Shown: one piece after another, positions 1 to 5,708 of the stretch
How positions within the stretch are numbered: the first letter of the stretch is position 1
Layout: each line of letters begins with the position of its first letter
Assembly: GCA_051747585.1 (NCBI GenBank)
Contig: JBNJGH010000096.1
Span: 1 to 13,051, forward strand
DNA: 13,051 nucleotides
Origin: Candidatus Rifleibacteriota bacterium
Lineage (GTDB): Bacteria > Muiribacteriota > Ozemobacteria > Ozemobacterales > Ozemobacteraceae
Reading direction: 5' to 3'
The notes under the pieces: model-generated
Told to the model about the DNA's origin: nothing
The model's database searches: none
The model's input: the letters and a program-made list of their open reading frames with translations, nothing else
Position numbers and translations under genes: made by a program

Positions 1-924
1 CGAGACCCTGGCTATAAGCAAATCTATTCAGCTCTTATCATATTGCCTGTTTTGCTGGGCGAGCAGACTGAGCTGTTACAAGAAGCCGGAATTAAAACAG
101 CACAACAGATAAACAAAAAGACTGTGAGTTCGAAAAACGGTATAGATAATCTGTTTAACCTGGTAAAAAAACAGCTCGATGAGATAAATCATTTTGAGGC
201 TTTGACAGCCAAAATCAGAAGAATTTGTAAGCAATATACAACCATTATCAACCGCAAAACCAGGTTGTCGAATCTCCATAACCTTGTAAGAACCCATAAC
301 CGCCTGATTCTAAAAATAATAACCGGACATTTGGAGAAATTTACAATTTTGATTAATAAATACCGTCTTAAGCTTGAAGATTTAAAAGTGAAGCTAAATT
401 ATTTGAGAGACGGCAACAATAACAATAGAGTAGCGGTTGCTGCCAGGCTGACTGAATTGTTTCGCCAGTGTGATCAGGTGCTTATCAATCTTGAGGACTA
501 TAAAGAGAGCAGCCTTGATTTTACGGTAAAATTGAAAAATGAATTGTCGGAAGGTGAAAAAAAATTGCGCAATTATGCCTCTTCGGTAGAGCAGAATCTG
601 TTTCATATTTATGAATATGCAGGAAATTTCCCTGATCGAGATTGTAATTTACAAAAAACAGAGGTGTTTCGTTATAAAAAAAATCTGGAAGCGATTTTTG
701 CTTATAACTGTCACTTATTTGAAAACCTAAAAAAGCTTGAGCTGGTTGAGAGAGAGATGGTAGAAGCTGAGACTTACAATAATTATCTGCTGACTTTTAA
801 TGATGACTTAACCGACTCCGCAAACTATAATGAGCTTTTTGATTCTTTATATAACCCGGAACTTATTCTGGAACCAGTTCTTAACGAAACCGAAGACGAA
901 GAAGAAGAAAACGGGCAAAAATAG
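1..924 (+). CDS. Hypothetical coiled-coil protein with acidic C-terminus; 5'-truncated by the window
   Basis: Frame 1 is open from base 1 (RDPGYKQIYSALII...) to TAG 922-924, so the TTG at 43 is probably not the start. Rich in L/K/E/N with helical periodicity, and ends ETEDEEEENGQK. No family motif recognised. Confidence 0.75.
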   Translation, partial: RDPGYKQIYSALIILPVLLGEQTELLQEAGIKTAQQINKKTVSSKNGIDNLFNLVKKQLDEINHFEALTAKIRRICKQYTTIINRKTRLSNLHNLVRTHNRLILKIITGHLEKFTILINKYRLKLEDLKVKLNYLRDGNNNNRVAVAARLTELFRQCDQVLINLEDYKESSLDFTVKLKNELSEGEKKLRNYASSVEQNLFHIYEYAGNFPDRDCNLQKTEVFRYKKNLEAIFAYNCHLFENLKKLELVEREMVEAETYNNYLLTFNDDLTDSANYNELFDSLYNPELILEPVLNETEDEEEENGQK

Positions 925-1008
925 TAGCAAAGAGGCTAAACGCGTTCTATTTATTCTAAAAATAACGCGTAAGGCGGTTAAAACGCCGAAAATTGCGTGA
1001 ATTCGCTG

Positions 1009-1036
1009 TTAATTAGTCAGGGCATATTGCCGATAA
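1009..1036 (+). promoter_or_regulatory. Putative sigma-28 (FliA/SigD) promoter
   Basis: Perfect -10 GCCGATAA at 1029-1036. Imperfect -35: TAAT 1010-1013 (15-nt spacer) or TTAA 1009-1012 (16-nt spacer). Lies 47 nt before ATG 1084. Confidence 0.55.
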
Positions 1037-1083
1037 TTATCTAAGAAAAGGATAATTATGTCCTTTAATTGCAAGGAGGCAAT

Positions 1084-1983
1084 ATGAAAATTATCAATCA
1101 TGACCAGGGACGGTCGATGCTGAAGGACTTAAATCGTTTCTTTAACCGTGGCAAAGCTCAAGGGGCTGATGCCAAACCTGAGACCGGCGACAGCTTTACA
1201 AAAACTCCTGAAGTTCAGGAAAAACCTGTAAAACCAGTAGAAGGATCTGAAGGAGCCGGTAAAGATCTGAACGTTTCGTTTCAGTTCAATCTTTTCTACG
1301 AGCTTTCACAAAAGGTCGAAAAAAAAATGGGACAAAGCGGCTCACAGAAATTTTCAGAAGTTTCTACCAGTGTTGCAGAAACATTTGAAGGCAGTTTTAA
1401 TCTTAAAATAGATGGTCTGGGTTCATTCTTTAAAAATACCGACAGTGCTCTTAATATTTCTGAAGAAACTACCAATGAATTCTTTGATTCTGTAGAGGGA
1501 CTGGCAGATCTTAGCCCGGAAGCTCTCGAGAATTTTCTGGCTGAAAGCGAAGATTTCTTTGCCGAGCTTGAGGATAAATTTGGTGAAGCCGGTGGCGCGT
1601 TTGATCAGATAAAAGATCAGATGCAGCAGCAGGCAAGCGCATTTTTTTCCGGTGTCAGGGCAATTCGCGGTCAGGAAGGCGGATCTGAAAATCAGATTGA
1701 AACAAATCCCGAGGCTGAAGTAGCGGCGGTTGAAAATTCTGCGGGAGATGTTGATCAGGCACTGGCTGCTCTTAACTCAGAGCAAAGCAAAACCGATTCA
1801 ACTTCTGAATTGATTAAAATGGCTAATAAACCTGACATGATGGTTTCAAAAGAAAAATACCAGGAATTTCTTCAGAGTTTTATAGAATATAGCGAAAGAT
1901 TCAGACAAGAGATGTTCTCGGGGCTTTTAAGCAATAACGGTTCCGACAAAAATACGACCGGTTCGATTCTTTCTCAAGCCTGA
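1084..1983 (+). CDS. Hypothetical acidic alpha-helical protein (299 aa)
   Basis: Long ORF. The strong SD AAGGAGG at 1073-1079 precedes ATG 1084, favouring it over TTG 1069. Stop TGA 1981-1983. E/S/F/D-rich with no signal peptide or TM segment. Confidence 0.85.
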   Translation: MKIINHDQGRSMLKDLNRFFNRGKAQGADAKPETGDSFTKTPEVQEKPVKPVEGSEGAGKDLNVSFQFNLFYELSQKVEKKMGQSGSQKFSEVSTSVAETFEGSFNLKIDGLGSFFKNTDSALNISEETTNEFFDSVEGLADLSPEALENFLAESEDFFAELEDKFGEAGGAFDQIKDQMQQQASAFFSGVRAIRGQEGGSENQIETNPEAEVAAVENSAGDVDQALAALNSEQSKTDSTSELIKMANKPDMMVSKEKYQEFLQSFIEYSERFRQEMFSGLLSNNGSDKNTTGSILSQA

Positions 1984-1988
1984 ACCAA

Positions 1989-2178
1989 GTTGTTATCCGA
2001 TTGTTTGTTGAATCCGTTTCAAGACATTTAGATTGCTTCTTCGCTATGCTCATCGCAATGACGGCTAGGGTTGTCATTGCGGGCAAAGCGAAGCAATCTT
2101 TGATAATCTAAAATTCAGGACATAACAAAGAAATAAAGATGTCTTGAAACTTGCTAATATTGCTAAAGGGGTGTCAAC
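1989..2178. mobile_element. Composite MITE-like element copy 1 (190 bp) containing a REP-like doublet
   Basis: Outer IR GTTGTTATCC 1989-1998 / GGGTGTCAAC 2169-2178. Inner IR GTTTCAAGACAT 2016-2027 / ATGTCTTGAAAC 2139-2150 (perfect 12 bp). REP units 2031-2062 and 2073-2098. Flanking direct repeat CAAGCCTGA 1975-1983 / 2179-2187. Colinear with copies 2 and 3. Confidence 0.75.
2031..2098. repeat. Head-to-head REP-like doublet (GTCATTGCG...CGAAGCAATC type; CGTC/TGTC-tagged)
   Basis: GATTGCTTCTTCGCTATGCTCATCGCAATGAC, a 10-nt spacer, then GTCATTGCGGGCAAAGCGAAGCAATC. Confidence 0.85.
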
Positions 2179-2187
2179 CAAGCCTGA

Positions 2188-2652
2188 TTAGAGGTTTTTC
2201 CAGTATTTTATGGCGTTTTCTCCGTTGTCATAATAGTTAGGTAAAAAGCCGGTTTCGCTATAACCGTTTTTTAGAAACATGGAGCGGGAAGCTATGTTGA
2301 ACTGTCTTACTTCAGCACAGCTTTTCTCCATTCCATGTTGTTTAAAAAGCTTTTCCATTTCGCCAAGCAGTTTCGAACCCAGCCCTCGAGTTTGAATTCG
2401 TGGATCTATGGCGATTTTATATATACGCCCTGACGGGATTTTAAAATTGCGCAAAAGCCCGATTACTTCGCCGGCAATCGTCCCGTCATTGTTTTTTAAT
2501 AAAAAAGTCAGCGAAGTTGGGGATTCTATAAGATGCTTCAGATTTTTTACCGGGAACTGGTCTTCAGGGCGATCGAAGCATTCCAGCTCAAATTTATGCA
2601 ATGCGTTTACTTCTGATGCGTCGGCTTCATGTAATTGTAATTTGTTATTCAT
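2188..2652 (-). CDS. GNAT family N-acetyltransferase, RimI-like
   Basis: Motif A IAIDPRIQTRGLGSKLL (acetyl-CoA binding loop), EVRQFNIAS...F...GY, and C-terminal NYYDNGENA typical of RimI-like GNATs. Confidence 0.88.
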   Translation of the reverse strand: MNNKLQLHEADASEVNALHKFELECFDRPEDQFPVKNLKHLIESPTSLTFLLKNNDGTIAGEVIGLLRNFKIPSGRIYKIAIDPRIQTRGLGSKLLGEMEKLFKQHGMEKSCAEVRQFNIASRSMFLKNGYSETGFLPNYYDNGENAIKYWKNL

Positions 2653-2660
2653 ATTCGCAA

Positions 2661-2689
2661 ATATTATATTTTAGCAAAAGCTACGTCAA
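2661..2689 (-). promoter_or_regulatory. Putative sigma-70 promoter of the GNAT gene
   Basis: On the minus strand, TTGACG (2689-2684) is followed by TATAAT (2668-2663, 15-nt spacer) or TAATAT (2666-2661, 17-nt spacer). No SD before ATG 2652. Confidence 0.45.
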
Positions 2690-2709
2690 CCGATCTTTTA
2701 CAACCACCT

Positions 2710-2911
2710 GTAATTATCCGTTTGTTTTTAGAAACCGTTTTAAGACATTTAGATTGCTTCGCTTTGCTCGCAATGACAGGCCTAAGTTGTCATTGCGAGG
2801 AATTCTGCGAAGCAGAACGACGAAGCAATCTTTGATAATCTAAAATGTAGTTCATAACAAAGAACACAAAAATGTCTTGAAACTTGCTAAGATTGCTAAA
2901 TGGATAATTAC
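2710..2911. mobile_element. Composite MITE-like element copy 2 (202 bp; 2708-2913 if the ends are CWG...CTG)
   Basis: Perfect outer IR GTAATTATCC 2710-2719 / GGATAATTAC 2902-2911. Inner IR 2737-2750 / 2870-2883 (13/14). REP units 2752-2777 and 2789-2830. Direct repeat TTACAACCACC 2698-2708 / 2914-2924. Confidence 0.82.
2752..2830. repeat. Head-to-head REP-like doublet with an extra mini-hairpin in unit 2
   Basis: GATTGCTTCGCTTTGCTCGCAATGAC, an 11-nt spacer, then GTCATTGCGAGGAA-TTCTGCGAAGCAGAA-CGACGAAGCAATC. Confidence 0.85.
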
Positions 2912-2968
2912 TGTTACAACCACCGAGCTTCAGTGGTTAAAGAATTATTCTAAAAGTTAGACAAAACA

Positions 2969-2995
2969 AAAAGCTGCCCGGTAAGGGCAGCTTTT
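2969..2995 (-). terminator. Intrinsic terminator of the 3031-3333 gene (possibly bidirectional)
   Basis: AAAAGCTGCCC-ggtaa-GGGCAGCTTTT. On the minus strand the GC stem is followed by TTTTTGTTTT. Confidence 0.85.
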
Positions 2996-3030
2996 ATAAG
3001 AGAGGAGTTTTATGAGAAAGCTTGAAACTT

Positions 3031-3333
3031 TTATTTACGTACTTTATTTTTCATATTTTTAAGAACTGCTTTGAGAGTGTAGACATCAGCTTTGTGGCCT
3101 TGTATTTTTTCCATGAGTTTCTGGGCTTCGACCTGTGCTTCAGGACCGCCTTCTTCGTTCAGTTTGCGCAGTTCGATATAGGCCAGTCTAATTTCTTCGT
3201 TTAACTGTTTGATTTTCTGACTTACTTCATACATTTCGTGTTTTGAAGCAGCTTGAACGGCTGAGCCGAGCATACTGATGATAAAGATTGTCAGAACCAG
3301 CCAGATTGTTTTTTTTGTTACTGATAATTTCAT
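3031..3333 (-). CDS. Small secreted protein (Sec signal peptide plus two coiled-coil helices)
   Basis: SD GGAGG upstream. N-terminus MKLSVTKK, hydrophobic core, then AVQA|AS cleavage-like site. Mature part is helix-GGP-helix. Has its own promoter motif and terminator. Confidence 0.85.
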   Translation of the reverse strand: MKLSVTKKTIWLVLTIFIISMLGSAVQAASKHEMYEVSQKIKQLNEEIRLAYIELRKLNEEGGPEAQVEAQKLMEKIQGHKADVYTLKAVLKNMKNKVRK

Positions 3334-3363
3334 GTTAGACCTCCGTGTATTTGTTCATAATTT

Positions 3364-3391
3364 ATATCGGAGAGATAACAGAAAAACTTTA
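3364..3391 (-). promoter_or_regulatory. Putative sigma-28 (FliA/SigD) promoter
   Basis: Minus strand TAAAGTTT (3391-3384), N12, TCCGATAT (3371-3364), 30 nt before ATG 3333. Confidence 0.7.
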
Positions 3392-3459
3392 GACAAAAAT
3401 AAATAAATTTAAACTATTTTAAGCATTAACAAACAACAACAAACATTAAAAAGACAGAT

Positions 3460-3674
3460 TAATTCTCTATTTGTTTTTTGTTAAGTCTTTAAAGACACTT
3501 AGATTGCTTTACTTCGGCTCCGCTCAGCACAGGCGCTTCGCTCGCAATGACAGCCCCAAATTGTCATTGCGAGGAGCTTAGCGACGAAGCAATCTTTGAT
3601 ATACTAAATTCTAGTACATTACAAAAAATACAAAAATGTCTTAAAACTACCTGATATCGATAAAGGGAAATAAC
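3460..3674. mobile_element. Composite MITE-like element copy 3 (~215 bp, most diverged; left end uncertain, 3455-3460)
   Basis: Colinear with copy 2. Left arm TAATTCTCTATTTGTTTTT; inner IR 3487-3500 / 3634-3647 (11/14); REP units 3502-3551 and 3563-3594; right end GGGAAATAAC 3665-3674. Degenerate flanking repeat AAAAnnCAGA 3449-3458 / 3678-3687. Confidence 0.7.
3502..3594. repeat. Head-to-head REP-like doublet with a 24-bp nested insertion in unit 1
   Basis: GATTGCTT[TACTTCGGCTCCGCTCAGCACAGG]CGCTTCGCTCGCAATGAC, an 11-nt spacer, then GTCATTGCGAGGAGCTTAGCGACGAAGCAATC. Confidence 0.85.
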
Positions 3675-3682
3675 TGGAAAAT

Positions 3683-4771
3683 TCAGAGTAGAGCGCTTAT
3701 GACGCCTCCGGCGAGCATGCTGTCATCCTGGTAAAATACGGCAGATTGCCCCGGAGAAATAGCATAAGTCGGAGAAAAAAGCTCTACTTGCCATTCTTCG
3801 TTGTTGCTTTCTAATATCTGGCACCGTACCGGTCTGGAATTATACCTGATTTGAACCTCAAACTCACTGCCGACAGGGGGTATGCCAATCAATGAATTTA
3901 ATTTTGTTACTCTGAATTTTGTTCCCATAAGAGATTGGTAAAGGCCCGCATGGATCTCGCGCTTCTCAGGATCTATTTTATATACATAGAGCTTTTGCCC
4001 GTGGCCCCCGCCAAGCCCCTTGCGCTGTCCGATGGTGAAGTGCATGTAACCGTTGTGGTCGCCGATTTTTTCTCCTTCAGGGCCAATGATAGGGCCGGGA
4101 AGAAAGCCGGGATGATCATGGGGCAGATGTTTGCGTAGAAAATCAGTATAGTCGCCATCGGGAACAAAACAAATTTCTTGTGACTCGGGTTTTTTCGCAT
4201 TTGCCAGGCCATGTTTCTCGGCTAAAGCTCGAATTTCTTCTTTTTTGTATTTTCCCACCGGCAGCAGGAGAAACGGCAGAACGTCTCGAGGAACTTCCCA
4301 TAAAAAATAGGTTTGATCCTTTTTGCTGTCTATTCCGCGCTTTAAGATATGATTTCCGGCAGCATCTTCGATATTTCTTGCGTAGTGTCCGGTTGCAAGA
4401 TATTTACAGCCATACATCCGGGCTTTTTTCAATAGATAGGGAATTTTAATAGTGGCATTGCAGCGAACGCAGGGGTTCGGAGTGCGTCCATCTGCATATT
4501 CGTTAACGAAGTCATTGATTACTTCATTTTGAAAGGTTTCAGATACATCTAATACTGTGTGTGGAATACCCAGCTTAGCCGCTACCGCACGGGCTGCTGC
4601 TACTCCTTCGAGCCCACAGCAGGACTTAGGGCCGCTTTCTTCCTGGTAGCAAAAAGTTTTTAGAGTAGCTGCCATTACATCATAGCCCTGTTCTTTTAGC
4701 AGAACAGCTGCAACCGAAGAGTCTACTCCGCCTGAGAGGGCTACCATTACTTTTTCTTTTTCCTGATTCAT
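3683..4771 (-). CDS. mnmA: tRNA 2-thiouridine(34) synthase MnmA
   Basis: PP-loop SGGVDS, TPNPCVRCN, ATGHYAR, KDQTYF, ESQEICF, TIGQRKG, PGQSAVFY; SD AGGAG upstream. Confidence 0.97.
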   Translation of the reverse strand: MNQEKEKVMVALSGGVDSSVAAVLLKEQGYDVMAATLKTFCYQEESGPKSCCGLEGVAAARAVAAKLGIPHTVLDVSETFQNEVINDFVNEYADGRTPNPCVRCNATIKIPYLLKKARMYGCKYLATGHYARNIEDAAGNHILKRGIDSKKDQTYFLWEVPRDVLPFLLLPVGKYKKEEIRALAEKHGLANAKKPESQEICFVPDGDYTDFLRKHLPHDHPGFLPGPIIGPEGEKIGDHNGYMHFTIGQRKGLGGGHGQKLYVYKIDPEKREIHAGLYQSLMGTKFRVTKLNSLIGIPPVGSEFEVQIRYNSRPVRCQILESNNEEWQVELFSPTYAISPGQSAVFYQDDSMLAGGVISALL

Positions 4772-4796
4772 TTTTTGACTCCTACAAAATAAAGCC

Positions 4797-5708
4797 CTAA
4801 TGCAAAATCTGTTTTCGTGAAAAGATCAGCAGTGCGAGCAGGTAAAATGCTGCTGCCCAGGCGAATGAAGAGCCTAAGGTCGAAAGTATCTCTGAGCTGA
4901 AAAGGTTTGCTTTACCATTTAAAATGCTTTCTATTCTGGAAACGGAAAACATGTCGGAAAGGTGTCGCGAAAAGACCCAGGCTGCCACATCTGCATACCA
5001 GTTTTCAAGTCGACTCAAAAAGTTAGTTGCAATCAGGTAATAGGTGTGCAAACCCATTAAAACAATCAGGCTGGTAAAAGACATTATAATAGCAGACTCA
5101 AAAAACAGGGAAAACAAGATAAAAAAACCGATTAGCATGAGATTGCCGGCAAAGGTTATAAACAGCAATTGAAAGGCGGCAAGCGAACTTACCAGAGAAG
5201 TCGGCTGGGGTTGGGAAAATTGAGAAAGTTGTTCGGGCATCATTTGCTGGGGTGTTATTCCGCTGTTCTGGGTAATGGCTCGAGCGACAAAAAGATCTGC
5301 CTGCAGGAATAGTCCGCCTATAGTTACTGCGATCAACAAAAACAGCATCACCGAGACTGTTTTTGCGGTAATCACCTGCCATCTCCTGACCGGCGTAATT
5401 AGAAGCATTTTCATGTAGCCCTTGTTAAATTCGGTTGAAAAGCTGTCGCCAATAACCAGAGCAAGAAAAAATGGGGCAATATAAGAAAAGAGTTTTACGT
5501 GTCCGGTAAAAAGCCCCTGAACTACCTCATAAAGCATCTGGAACTGAACTTCGCCAAAACCGAAACTTTTGAATTTAACGTAGGCGACAAGCAGTGCCAG
5601 GCTTGCTACCAGCGGGATTATATTTAAAGCAATTAAGAATAACAAGGCTTTTTTACGGTTAAGAATTTTTTTTAACTCAAAAAGAATGAGCACCGACATT
5701 CTTCGCAT
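4797..5708 (-). CDS. ABC-2 type exporter permease
   Basis: N-terminal FELKK, about six TM segments, and the conserved EFNKGYMKMLLITPVRRWQVITAK. Coupled by TAATG to the upstream ATPase. Confidence 0.9.
   Translation of the reverse strand: MRRMSVLILFELKKILNRKKALLFLIALNIIPLVASLALLVAYVKFKSFGFGEVQFQMLYEVVQGLFTGHVKLFSYIAPFFLALVIGDSFSTEFNKGYMKMLLITPVRRWQVITAKTVSVMLFLLIAVTIGGLFLQADLFVARAITQNSGITPQQMMPEQLSQFSQPQPTSLVSSLAAFQLLFITFAGNLMLIGFFILFSLFFESAIIMSFTSLIVLMGLHTYYLIATNFLSRLENWYADVAAWVFSRHLSDMFSVSRIESILNGKANLFSSEILSTLGSSFAWAAAFYLLALLIFSRKQILH

Noticed and set aside
1069..1083. TTG start at 1069
   Set aside because: The SD AAGGAGG lies inside this stretch and is positioned for ATG 1084.
1901..2843. 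ORFs 1901-2086 (-), 2408-2674 (+) and 2601-2843 (+) as element-encoded peptides
   Set aside because: They are antisense to real genes or read through palindromic repeats, have no SD, and are not listed as equivalent ORFs in the other copies.
2188..3333. GNAT toxin-antitoxin pair
   Set aside because: The upstream small gene has a signal peptide rather than an RHH fold and is separated by a terminator and 378 bp. The GNAT looks RimI-like.
3428..3445. AAC/AAAC-rich tract as a phase-variable repeat
   Set aside because: Short and imperfect; unremarkable in AT-rich intergenic DNA.
2016..3647. CRISPR array, because GTTTCAA...TTGAAAC resembles CRISPR repeat termini
   Set aside because: These are inverted arms enclosing 135-160 bp, the copies are over 700 bp apart with genes between them, there is no repeat-spacer periodicity, and no cas genes are present.
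1989..3674. Integron cassette array with attC sites
   Set aside because: The ends read GT(T)...(A)AC, the reverse of attC RYYYAAC...GTTRRRY. The elements are longer than typical attC sites, have copy-specific flanking direct repeats, one follows the housekeeping gene mnmA, the enclosed genes have their own promoters, and there is no integrase in the window.
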